A DNA stretch of 63,995 nucleotides, filler included, from Octopus bimaculoides (Eukaryota), in the NCBI RefSeq assembly GCF_001194135.2. It is 4 parts of 4 records of this genome, joined end to end, with 100 filler letters (N's around TTAATTAATTAA, not from the genome) between each part and the next. Parts side by side here need not be neighbours in the genome. Positions count along the whole stretch, not along the records: positions 45,773 to 60,750 come from NC_068986.1; positions 60,851 to 63,995 come from NW_026425836.1; 2 more parts are not named here. One strand, 5' to 3'. Both the position numbers and the translations under genes were made by a program. The notes beneath the pieces were generated by a model. The model saw nothing but the letters and a program-made list of their open reading frames with translations. It searched no databases and was not told the DNA's origin. Shown here in pieces: positions 53,985 to 63,995 of the stretch; position 1 is the stretch's first letter; each line of letters opens with the position of its first letter.

Positions 53985-54863
53985 NNNNNNNNNNNNNNNN
54001 NNNNNNNNNNNNNNNNNNNNNNNNNNNNNNNNNNNNNNNNNNNNNNNNNNNNNNNNNNNNNNNNNNNNNNNNNNNNNNNNNNNNNNNNNNNNNNNNNNNN
54101 NNNNNNNNNNNNNNNNNNNNNNNNNNNNNNNNNNNNNNNNNNNNNNNNNNNNNNNNNNNNNNNNNNNNNNNNNNNNNNNNNNNNNNNNNNNNNNNNNNNN
54201 NNNNNNNNNNNNNNNNNNNNNNNNNNNNNNNNNNNNNNNNNNNNNNNNNNNNNNNNNNNNNNNNNNNNNNNNNNNNNNNNNNNNNNNNNNNNNNNNNNNN
54301 NNNNNNNNNNNNNNNNNNNNNNNNNNNNNNNNNNNNNNNNNNNNNNNNNNNNNNNNNNNNNNNNNNNNNNNNNNNNNNNNNNNNNNNNNNNNNNNNNNNN
54401 NNNNNNNNNNNNNNNNNNNNNNNNNNNNNNNNNNNNNNNNNNNNNNNNNNNNNNNNNNNNNNNNNNNNNNNNNNNNNNNNNNNNNNNNNNNNNNNNNNNN
54501 NNNNNNNNNNNNNNNNNNNNNNNNNNNNNNNNNNNNNNNNNNNNNNNNNNNNNNNNNNNNNNNNNNNNNNNNNNNNNNNNNNNNNNNNNNNNNNNNNNNN
54601 NNNNNNNNNNNNNNNNNNNNNNNNNNNNNNNNNNNNNNNNNNNNNNNNNNNNNNNNNNNNNNNNNNNNNNNNNNNNNNNNNNNNNNNNNNNNNNNNNNNN
54701 NNNNNNNNNNNNNNNNNNNNNNNNNNNNNNNNNNNNNNNNNNNNNNNNNNNNNNNNNNNNNNNNNNNNNNNNNNNNNNNNNNNNNNNNNNNNNNNNNNNN
54801 NNNNAACAACAACATCGAAAAAGTACCTTAGGAATGAGAACCCAGGCTCAAAATTTCCCCCAA

Positions 54864-54909
54864 GACACCTCATGAAGGCTGGAGGGTATATCAGCCGAAA
54901 CGTTGTGTT
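54864..54909 (+). ncRNA. Minimal type I hammerhead motif with a core mutation (CUCAUGA)
   Basis: GACAC-CTCATGA-A-GGCTG-gagggtatat-CAGCC-GAAA-CGT-T-GTGTT; helices I and II pair fully, but G5 is changed to C. Confidence 0.65.
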
Positions 54910-55158
54910 AACAACGAACAAGATGAGGACAAGTATCCGTCAAATGTAAATAATGTAAATAATGTACATAATTCCTCCTCTTTTAAATATAGAACTGTAT
55001 AAAGCAGTCTGTCATATTTTACGATGTCTTTGATTTCAGTGATGGCTTCGTCAAAGTATCTTTGGGGATCTTCGATGATGTAGAAGTATCTCGATTAGTC
55101 GATCTAAGCATCCAAGACATGCTAAAAGAAGAATACACTCAATTAGCATAGGGCTATA

Positions 55159-55912
55159 CAGTAATAACTCGCCATATCGCGGTTCACCTATCGCACCCTC
55201 AGTACATCGAAGATTTTTCTAGCAAATGTGTGTAAATTTAGGTGCTAATGGGTTTTCATTACGGCGCCGTGATTTACAATCCTGTAAATAATAATAATAA
55301 TAATGGCATTTTTATATAAGCTTAAAGCTTATGGCGATCAACGTGCAATGACTGAGGAAAATAGTCTAATGAAGGGGCATAGAAGCCCTCGACAGACAAA
55401 AGAAGGCTTTCCTATCGGCGTGGGAGACGAACCCACATCCCTTTGTTAACACGACCAGGAAAGCCTTCTTTTTTTCTGTCAAGGGCTTATTTGTAAATTT
55501 ATATCGCGGACTCCTCAGTATATCACGGGTTTCTGCGGCCAATAAGTATTTATAGTTTTTTAGATTTTAATTATTTCTGTGGTAAAATAAGCATTTTCAC
55601 GCCTAAAAGTTAATAAATTAATAAGTAAAAATACTGTACAGCACTGTAAAACACATTAATTAAAATATATTAAAAGAAAATACGTAGTGTACCGTAGATG
55701 AGTAAACAAAGAATCGCATGTACTGTATGGGAAACGAAACCCAGGAGGCGAGTGTGGGGAGTTGTTTTGCAATAAATATCTACAAATTTTAAAAATAAAA
55801 TATATACAATACAGTGCTGTTTCTACTTCGCGGATTTTCACCTATCGCGATGGGGTTTTGGAACGTAACACCCGCGATAGTCGTAACACCCGCGATAGTC
55901 GAGGGATTACTG
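55159..55912. mobile_element. Pogo/Tigger-like MITE with imperfect TIRs and a TA TSD
   Basis: TA-cagtaataactcgccatatcgcgg at the left and ccgcgatagtcgagggattactg-TA at the right; an 18-bp tandem duplication (gtaacacccgcgatagtc) at 55865-55900. Confidence 0.85.
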
Positions 55913-56006
55913 TAGAGGAATAATGATTAAACAGTTTCCTACAATATGAACAATCTCAAGAAAACACTGCGTACAGGTTGACTCGTGGGCGCATTCTAAT
56001 GATAAT

Positions 56007-56186
56007 CTTTTCTTCTCTACTATAGGCAAAAGGCCTGAAATCTTGGGTAGGGGCCAGTCGATTACATCGACGCCAGTATTTCACTGGTACGTAATTTATC
56101 GACCTCGAAAGGATAAAAGGCAAAGTCGACCTCGGCGGAATTTGAACTTAGAACGTAACGGCAGACGAAATACTGCCACCTTCTCG
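56007..56186 (-). mobile_element. 5'-truncated family B SINE with a 13-bp TSD
   Basis: TTCTAATGATAAT at 55994-56006 and 56187-56199. A more diverged family B copy lies at about 56570-56705. Confidence 0.9.
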
Positions 56187-56719
56187 TTCTAATGATAATG
56201 AATTGATCCGGTCGACGCTTCTCGCTGCCTTTAAAAAGGGGACATTTGAAGGGCTTAAAAGGACATTGTCTGGAACATGGAATATGCAAACCCATGGATA
56301 CAGCATTCGGTGATGACATTGTATTTAATAATGGTTTATACCATTACCAGCATGCCACATTTGTGAATTAGTCGTATAGTCGACTGACGTAAGCCCTACA
56401 GTATATTACTGGTCCTTCGTTTGGACATCAATAGATGGATGAAAATTCTTCACCAGGATTTGAACTCAGAACATACAGAAAAGTAACTAAAGTCATTTTC
56501 TCTTAGATATATTTATGGACTTTTCACATATACACAATATACACACTTTGAGAATATTGACCTTAGTATATTCGTGTTAGTTTATTTTATCGACCTGAGA
56601 GGAATGAAAGATCAAGTTGACATCGGTAAGATTCGAACACAGAACGTAGAAGGATGTAGCAAAATACGAGAGGATACTGTAATCAATAGCCAGTCGATTC
56701 GGCCAGTGCCTTATCTTAG

Positions 56720-57240
56720 ACAACTCCAGTCCCAATCCACCATCACTTCGGTCCCACTTCATCATCACTCAAGTCCCATTCCACCTTCACTCCAACCTAC
56801 TCCACCATCACTCCAGCTCTATTCCACCATCAATCAAGCCCCATTCAACCTTCGCTCGAGCCCCACTCCACCACCACTTCAATCCCAATGCATCATCACT
56901 CCAGCCTCAATCCGCCACCACTCCAGTGCCACTCCACCATCACTACACCGCCACAGCAATACTACACCGCTACTGCAACACTACACCACCACAGCAATAC
57001 TATACCCCCACTGTACCACTACACTGCCACTACATCCTCACTCCAGCCCCACTCCACCATCACTCAAGCCGCCACTACAACACTACATCACACACTCACC
57101 ACTCTACCACTCCTAGCATACTCCCTCCCATTCAGGCACCATCATTGTTATAACGCGACACTACTGCCCCGCCGAACCACCACCAGCATCCTCCGCCCTA
57201 CTCCATCACCGACACCACACCCTAAACTAGTCCACCCCAA
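56720..57240. repeat. Degenerate ~20-bp C/A-rich minisatellite (core GCCCCACTCCACCATCACTC)
   Basis: Recurrent ccactccaccatcact and cactacaccgccac units. The overlapping Pro/Thr/His-rich ORFs are by-products of the repeat. Confidence 0.75.
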
Positions 57241-57260
57241 ATATAATCAAGTCACTATTT

Positions 57261-57373
57261 CCACGTGGTTAAACGTCAATAAGAAATCGGCAATGTCAGC
57301 ATGTGCGTGACGTCATTTGAATAAAGGTCAGAGGTCATTGCATGTGTGGGGTGGAATAGAGAGATGTCACATG
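57261..57373. promoter_or_regulatory. Candidate cis-regulatory module: E-box, CRE and nuclear-receptor DR1
   Basis: CCACGTGG 57261-57268; ACGTCA 57273-57278; TGACGTCA 57308-57315; AGGTCA-G-AGGTCA 57325-57337, preceded by AA (NBRE-like AAAGGTCA); CATGTG/CACATG at 57300, 57341 and 57368. Motif evidence only. Confidence 0.5.
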
Positions 57374-57608
57374 TTATATGTTTAGTGGAGCGTCTTTTGG
57401 GAGACGGTGGGGGTAGGGAAGGGGGTCAGTATGGGCTGCGGTTGCTGATATTTCTTACTGCAGGCTACATTGTTAACAAGTTGTCTGACTGTCTGTCTGT
57501 CTGTCTTTTTTTCTGTATGTATGTATGTATGTATGTATGTATGCATGCATGTATACATGTGTATATATGTATGTGTGTATGCATGTATCTATGTATGCAT
57601 GTAGGCGT

Positions 57609-58007
57609 AGGAGTGGATGTGTGGTAAGTAGCTTGCTTACGAACCACATGGTTCCGGGTTCAGTCCCATTGCATGGCACCTTGGGCAAGTGTCTTCTACT
57701 ATAACCTCGGGCCAACCAAAGCCTTGTGAGTGGATTTGGTAGACGGAAACTGAAAGAAGCCCGTCGTATATATGTACATATATATGTATGTGTGTGTGTG
57801 TGTTTGTGTGTCTGTGTTCCCACCCCCCTCCAACATTGCTTGACAACCGATGGTGGTGTGTTTACGTCCCCGTAACTTAGCGGTTCGGCAAAGAGACCGA
57901 TAGAATAAGTACTAGGCTTACAAAGAATAAGTCCCGGAGTCGATTTGCTCGACCAAAGGCGGTGCTCCAGCATGGCCACAGTCAAATGACTGAAACAGTA
58001 AAAGAGT
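57609..58007 (+). mobile_element. Full-length family A SINE
   Basis: aggagtggatgtgtggtaagtagc...ggttccgggttcagtccc...ccttgggcaagtgtc...gcatggccacagtcaaatgactgaaacagtaaaagagt. Confidence 0.95.
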
Positions 58008-58064
58008 ATGTATATATGTGTATATGTGTGTATGTGTGTATGTGTGTATGCATGTATGTATGTA

Positions 58065-58340
58065 TGTTTCCGCCTATTTTTAATTATTTGAAATCTTCCT
58101 GTAACGAAGGAGTTGGTTTCTAACAAACGTACAAAGCTTCATTGGTGGAATGTAGACAATAAAAACAAATTCGTGTTTTAAACTTAAAAAATGTTTTGCA
58201 TATGTTTACTGTTCCACTTACAGAATGTATTTCTAATCTGCGTATTAGCTGGTTGATTTCTTTTTCTGAAAACCCTCGCTTATCCACCTTGTCACTTCGG
58301 CATTTACTCACGAAACCAAGTGCACCAATTATTATTTATG
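58065..58340 (-). mobile_element. 3' end of an RLE-type non-LTR element related to 50050-50580
   Basis: ORF 58120-58311 contains GFSEKEINQLIRRLEIHSVSGTVNICKTFFKF, homologous to TISGTIKISKTFLRF at about 50530-50575. Confidence 0.75.
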
Positions 58341-58355
58341 TTATTTGTGAATTTA

Positions 58356-58572
58356 TAAGGCGGCGCGGTGGAAGAAACGTTAGCACGCCGGGCGAAATGC
58401 TTTGCGGTATTTCGTTTGTCTTTACGTTATGAGTTCAAATTCCGACGAGGTCGACTTTGCCTTTCATCCTTTCGAGGTCGATAAATTAAGTACCAGTTGC
58501 GTACTGGCGTCGATCTAATCAACTGGCTCCCTCCCCCAAAATTTCGGGCCCTTGTGCCTAGAGTAGAAACGA
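58356..58572 (+). mobile_element. Full-length family B SINE with a 15-bp TSD (one mismatch)
   Basis: ttatttgtgaattta at 58341-58355 and ttatttgtgaatcta at 58573-58587. Confidence 0.92.
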
Positions 58573-58602
58573 TTATTTGTGAATCTATTATTTGGATATG
58601 CA

Positions 58603-58731
58603 AACCGCTACATGCGGAGACGTAAACACGCCAGCATCGGTTGTCAAGCGATGGTGAGGAGGGGCAAAACACAGACACACAAATATATATATATACACAT
58701 ATAAATATACATACATATATATATATATATG

Positions 58732-58765
<34 letters not shown>

Positions 58766-58870
58766 NNNNNNNNNNNNNNNNNNNNNNNNNNNNNNNNNNN
58801 NNNNNNNNNNNNNNNNNNNNNNNNNNNNNNNNNNNNNNNNNNNNNNNNNNNNNNNNNNNNNNNNNNNNNN

Positions 58871-58902
<32 letters not shown>

Positions 58903-59060
58903 GACGGGCTTCTTACAGTTTCCGTCTACCAATTCCAGTTACAAGGCTTTGGTCGGCCCGAGGCTATAGTAGAAGACACTTGCCCAAGGTGCCACGTAGT
59001 GGAACTGAACCCGGAACCATGTGGTTGGTAAGCAAGCTACTTACCACGTAGTCGCTCCCG
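58603..59060 (-). mobile_element. Family A SINE lacking its 3' tail, with a gap in the internal microsatellite
   Basis: Aligns to 24780-25045. A diverged plus-strand family A 5' half follows at about 59165-59325. Confidence 0.88.
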
Positions 59061-59498
59061 CGTCTGTACGTTTGTTAGACGCTGGCATGGCCGATTGGTA
59101 AACAAGTTGAGTTTGCAATCATAAGATGGCGATTTCGATCTCCCTTGACCTCGGGTGCAATTATCACTGGATTTAAGAAACTCACTTCGCATCCACGTAG
59201 CTTCGGGTTCGATCCCATTGTGTGGTACATTTAACAAGTGTCTTTTATTATAGCCCTTTGCATACTAATATCATGTAAGTGGATTTGGTAGACGGAAACT
59301 GTATGGAAACCTGTCGGATATACATCTGTGTATGTGTGTGTGCGTATGTGTATATGCGAATGTGTGTGTACGTGTGTGTAAAAGTCGCCTTGTGAGAAGC
59401 ATACAAAATGTTTGCAGTAAAACTGTTGTGTAAAAAGATTTTGTATTTTTATTTTTATGGTTATAAAAAAGAAACTGGTTTTATTCAAACAATATAAA

Positions 59499-59570
<72 letters not shown>

Positions 59571-59689
59571 TAGATAGATAGATAGTGTGAGTGCGTTTTG
59601 TGTGTGTGCGCACATGTTAGTGCGTGTACGTGCGTATGTATAACCTGGAAGAAAAGGAATCAATTATGACCCCCACATGTCCTCTCCGC

Positions 59690-60330
59690 TCCCCAGACTG
59701 GTCGAGCTAATATGGTTTACGGTTTATATTCAATTCATCTCCTATAATCAGTGGGTGTGAGAAATAATAGAGGGTTGATTTTTTTTTGAAAGAGCTGGAT
59801 TGTGTGTATAATTTAGTGCTTTGGTCAGTCACGGTAGGAGAGCCGAAAGTATTGGTGTGTTCGGTTGGAGATGCTATACACTTAACTATTCCAGAGAAGC
59901 AGAGGCCGTTGTAATAGCCACACATCAAAAAGAGAGAAGACACAATATGTCATGAATAACAAGTTATTGTGTCTCCATGGTGTATACAGCAGCCAGTCAG
60001 GTGGCCTTGTTTTGGATATAAACTCTGAAGGCCTGGAATGTAACTGCATGCCTTATTTGGGGCTGATTTGAGCTTTGTAGAAAATCAGAAAAATATTTTC
60101 TGATTCTGGAAGAGCTATGCAAATTTTTGGGGTCCAGTTTTGGGTGTTATGTAAGTGGATTGCCATAGAAATTAATCAGAGTTAGTCTTTACAGATGCAT
60201 CTTCTCCAAGACTAGAGAGTGGTTAGTAGAGATATGAAGACGAACTGTGTCTGTATTTTTTTCGGAAAGAGACAAGATTGTGATGTAACCGTTTGAATAT
60301 CTTTTGGACGTCTTTGTACGTGGAGTCAGA
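59690..60330 (-). mobile_element. Degenerate CR1/L2-group LINE RT C-terminus
   Basis: IFYKAQISPK (cf. LYKAQIRP.MEY), IQNKA, and SLFLMCGYYNGLCFSGI (cf. SLFYRYYNG.CS.E). Confidence 0.7.
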
Positions 60331-60750
60331 AGAGGTTTAATACCAGACGCTTGTCTAGGACGCATTAATAATAATGACAACTACGGCGAGGACGACGACT
60401 AAGGCGGTGAGGAGGAGGAGGAGGAGGCAAATGCACGACCCAGTTTAACCGCTACCAACTAGCATTTGGGGTATCTTTTGAGGAATCAATTTTGTTGCAA
60501 GCATTCGGACCAGGTTTCCGGTTTGAAGACACCTCCCTCCTTCAAGACCCTTTAAACGGGTCACAAAAGTACTGCCTTCCTGCTTGACTACAAGATAAAG
60601 TGGTAGAACCCAATAAGTGGTGGTCTGTGTGTGTGGGCATCCGGAAAACTAGTAATGGCCTCTCTGTATCGGCATTGTAAACATATACAAATAATGTAGA
60701 CAGTGGAATGACTATTATGCCACGAAGAAGGGAAGTGTAATAAATCTCTC

Positions 60751-60850
60751 NNNNNNNNNNNNNNNNNNNNNNNNNNNNNNNNNNNNNNNNNNNNTTAATT
60801 AATTAANNNNNNNNNNNNNNNNNNNNNNNNNNNNNNNNNNNNNNNNNNNN
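60751..60850. other. Artificial scaffold linker N44-TTAATTAATTAA-N44
   Basis: Same 100-nt spacer as 23675-23774. Confidence 0.95.
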
Positions 60851-61154
60851 GGCACATGGAAAGACATTCGAGTGAGGTCGTTGCCAGTGCCCCTGGACTG
60901 GCCCTTGTGCAGGTGGCATGTAAAATACACCATTTTGAGTGTGGCCGTTGCCAGTACCGCCTGACTGGCCTTCGTGCCGGTGGCACGTAAAAGCACTCAC
61001 TACACTCTCGGAGTGGTTGGCAGCAGGAAGGGCATCCAGCTGTAGAAACTCTGCCAGATCAGATTGGAGCCTGGTGTAGCCATCTGGTTTCACCAGTCCT
61101 CAGTCAAATCATCCAACCCATGCTAGCATGGAAAGCGGACCTTAAACGATGATG
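60851..61154 (+). mobile_element. 3' part of a retroposon (family G, RTE-type tail) with internal ~70-bp repeats, ending in (GAT)n
   Basis: Repeated g(a)gtg(a/t)gg(t/c)cgttgccagt(g/a)cc...gactggcc...gtgc.ggtggca(t/c)gtaaaa, then gagtggttggcagcaggaagggcatccagctgtagaaac...cccatgctagcatggaaagcggac...aaacgatgatg. Related 3' tips at 63201-63262 (+) and 63488-63590 (-). Confidence 0.8.
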
Positions 61155-61398
61155 TGTGTGTGTATGGGTATGTATATATATTATGGATGTATATACGTTT
61201 ATATATACATTGTAATTGAATAGCCTAGTCTCCACTTTTCGCATTAAACTTCCTGGCACACTCCTTTATGTAATCAAACAACATTTGTTGCACCTGTTGC
61301 CAATAAAAAAAACAAAATTATCACTACTAAAGCTAAAAAAAATAATAAAACATAGAAAGCACCTATTATTATTATTAATATTATCATTATCATCATCA

Positions 61399-61432
<34 letters not shown>

Positions 61433-61457
61433 CATTATTATTATAGTAGCGATGGTG

Positions 61458-61488
<31 letters not shown>

Positions 61489-62280
61489 CGATGGTGGTGG
61501 TGGTAGTGGTGGTAGTAGGGATCTTTTTTAAAACGGGGGCCACATTTTTCATTAATGTTTTACGTAGTGTTTTTGGTACGGAAAGACTTTCAAACTTCGT
61601 ATACTTATCTATTTTGTGTTATAGAACAGAAAAATATTTTTGTATTCGAATTTATTTCATGTAAAAAATTGTCTTATTTCGATAATTTCAACCAATCACT
61701 GACGTCCATTCAGCTGATATACATTAAGTGCCGACTACNNNNNNNNNNNNNNNNNNNNNNNNNNNNNNNNNNNNNNNNNNNNNNNNNNNNNNNNNNNNNN
61801 NNNNNNNNNNNNNNNNNNNNNNNNNNNNNNNNNNNNNNNNNNNNNNNNNNNNNNNNNNNNNNNNNNNNNNNNNNNNNNNNNNNNNNNNNNNNNNNNNNNN
61901 NNNNNNNNNNNNNNNNNNNNNNNNNNNNNNNNNNNNNNNNNNNNNNNNNNNNNNNNNNNNNNNNNNNNNNNNNNNNNNNNNNNNNNNNNNNNNNNNNNNN
62001 NNNNNNNNNNNNNNNNNNNNNNNNNNNNNNNNNNNNNNNNNNNNNNNNNNNNNNNNNNNNNNNNNNNNNNNNNNNNNNNNNNNNNNNNNNNNNNNNNNNN
62101 NNNNNNNNNNNNNNNNNNNNNNNNNNNNNNNNNNNNNNNNNNNNNNNNNNNNNNNNNNNNNNNNNNNNNNNNNNNNNNNNNNNNNNNNNNNNNNNNNNNN
62201 NNNNNNNNNNNNNNNNNNNNNNNNNNNNNNNNNNNNNNNNNNNNNNNNTAGTAGTAGTAGTAGTAGTAGCGGTGGTGGTG

Positions 62281-62326
<46 letters not shown>

Positions 62327-62334
62327 CGATGGTG

Positions 62335-62374
<40 letters not shown>

Positions 62375-62827
62375 CGATGGTGGTGGTGGTGGTGGTGGTA
62401 GTAGTAGTAGTAGTAGTGGTGGTTGTTGTTGTTGTTGGTGGTGGTGTTTGTTATAGTGGTGTTAGCAATACTAGTAATATTAGTAATAGCAGTAGTAGTA
62501 GCAGTGGTGGTTGCTTATAGTAGAATGCATGGTGGTGGTGGTGGTGGGCAACAGCAAGTCTGTTCATTCATACAGATTCCTGAGTGTTGCCATTGAACAA
62601 ACAGGGAGTGGTTCCTAGTATATGGTGGCAGGGGAGAGGAGGGTGGAGGGAGGTGGGTGAGTGAAAGGCAATCTCATACTCACAGAATGGAACACAAGAT
62701 AGACTTGGACACATTGTACTTGATTCAGTTGAATGCTCATTACATGATGCTTATGCAATATATATATATATATATATATGCATGTAAATATATAAATACA
62801 TGTATAAATATACAGATNNNNNNNNNN

Positions 62828-62898
<71 letters not shown>

Positions 62899-62965
62899 GT
62901 ATATATATATATTGAGTTGGTGCTGATTACATGCCGATTGTGCAATATATATGTGTGTGTGTATA

Positions 62966-63175
62966 TTCTTTTCTTTTGTTGTTTTACTTGTTTCAGTCAT
63001 TTGACTGCGGCCATGCTGGAGCACCGCCTTTAGTCGGGCAAATCGACCTCCGGGACTTATTCTTTGTGAGCCTAGTACTTATTCTATCGGTCTCTTTTTG
63101 CCGAACCGCTAGGTTACGGGGACATAGATACACCAGCTTCGTTTGTCAAGTGATGCTATGGGGGACAAACACATA
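62966..63175 (-). mobile_element. Family A SINE, 3' half
   Basis: Aligns to 24655-24850. Confidence 0.9.
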
Positions 63176-63298
63176 CACACACACACACACATATATGTGG
63201 TACCGTCCCCACCCATGCGAGCATGGAACACAGACATTAAATGATGACGATGATGATGATGATATATACATGCATATTGCACAATCACCTTGCAATAA

Positions 63299-63369
<71 letters not shown>

Positions 63370-63609
63370 TAGATATATATATGCTTATATATACATAACT
63401 CAGAGATGTTTCAGTCAATGTTGAACTTTAAAGTGCCACCCTGATAAATATAAACAAATATATATGTTGCCATTGATTATGCAATATCTATCATCATCAT
63501 CATCTAACGTCTGTTTTCCATGCTGGCATGGGTTGGACGGTTTGACTGAGAGGACTGGCGAGTCAGGAGGCTGCATCAGGCTCCAATTTGTATGCATAAA
63601 TATATATAT

Positions 63610-63995
63610 TCTTTTATTCTTCTACTTGTTTCAGTCATTTGACTGCAGCCATGCTGGAGCACTGCCTTCAGTCGAACAAAATCGAACTCCAGGACTTATT
63701 CTTTGTCAGCGTAGTACGTATTCTATCGGTTCAATTTTTGCCAAACCGCTAGGTTACAGGGATGTAAACACACTAACATCGGTTGTCAAGTGGGGGACAA
63801 ACACAGACATACAAACATATACATGCATACATATACATATATATATATATATGGCGGGGTTCTTTCAGTTTCCATCTACCAAATCCACTCACAAGGTTTT
63901 GGTCGGCCCAAGGTTATAGTAGAACACACATGTCCAAGGTGTCATGCAGTGGGACTGAACCCAGAACCATGTGGTTCATAAGCAAGCTACTTTAT
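63610..63995 (-). mobile_element. Family A SINE, near full length, running to the window edge
   Basis: Aligns to 24655-25030. Confidence 0.9.

Larger units (their letters stand above)
53641..55002 (+). mobile_element. Composite family E element: inverted tail copy, tRNA-like head, (TAA)/(GAT)n, gap, Penelope-like tail; 8-bp TSD
   Basis: 53641-53770 is an inverted copy (about 11 differences in 130 bp by eye) of 54840-54970. The head 53771-53833 has A-box-like TGGTTAAGAGC and B-box GAGTTCGATTCC. AGCAGTCT flanks at 53633-53640 and 55003-55010. Confidence 0.88.

Noticed and set aside
61695-61738. cagctgatatac resembling the family E tail
   Set aside because: A 12-nt match only, next to a gap; the flanks do not align.

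Overview
Eukaryotic, AT-rich, gap-riddled intergenic or intronic DNA. It is dominated by microsatellites, tRNA-derived SINEs and decayed LINE, Penelope and mariner fragments. The repeat families look like those of a coleoid cephalopod, most likely Octopus (inference from recalled repeat sequences, not a database result). No intact protein-coding gene is supported; almost all ORFs in the track are microsatellite or N-run artefacts. Three artificial N44-TTAATTAATTAA-N44 linkers split the window into four joined scaffolds. The main finding is a composite non-autonomous retroelement made of a tRNA-like Pol III head, an internal (TAA)n-type microsatellite and a Penelope-like tail with a minimal type I hammerhead ribozyme. 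One copy (53641-55002) has an inverted copy of its own tail at the 5' end and an 8-bp TSD, the usual signature of Penelope-type integration. A second copy (about 10185-12308) hosts a Dong/R4-like retrotransposon in its microsatellite. Other points of interest are a tight cluster of perfect E-box, CRE and DR1 motifs (57261-57373), a 5'-clipped tRNA-Pro(TGG) next to a SINE tail, and two unexplained GC-rich blocks.
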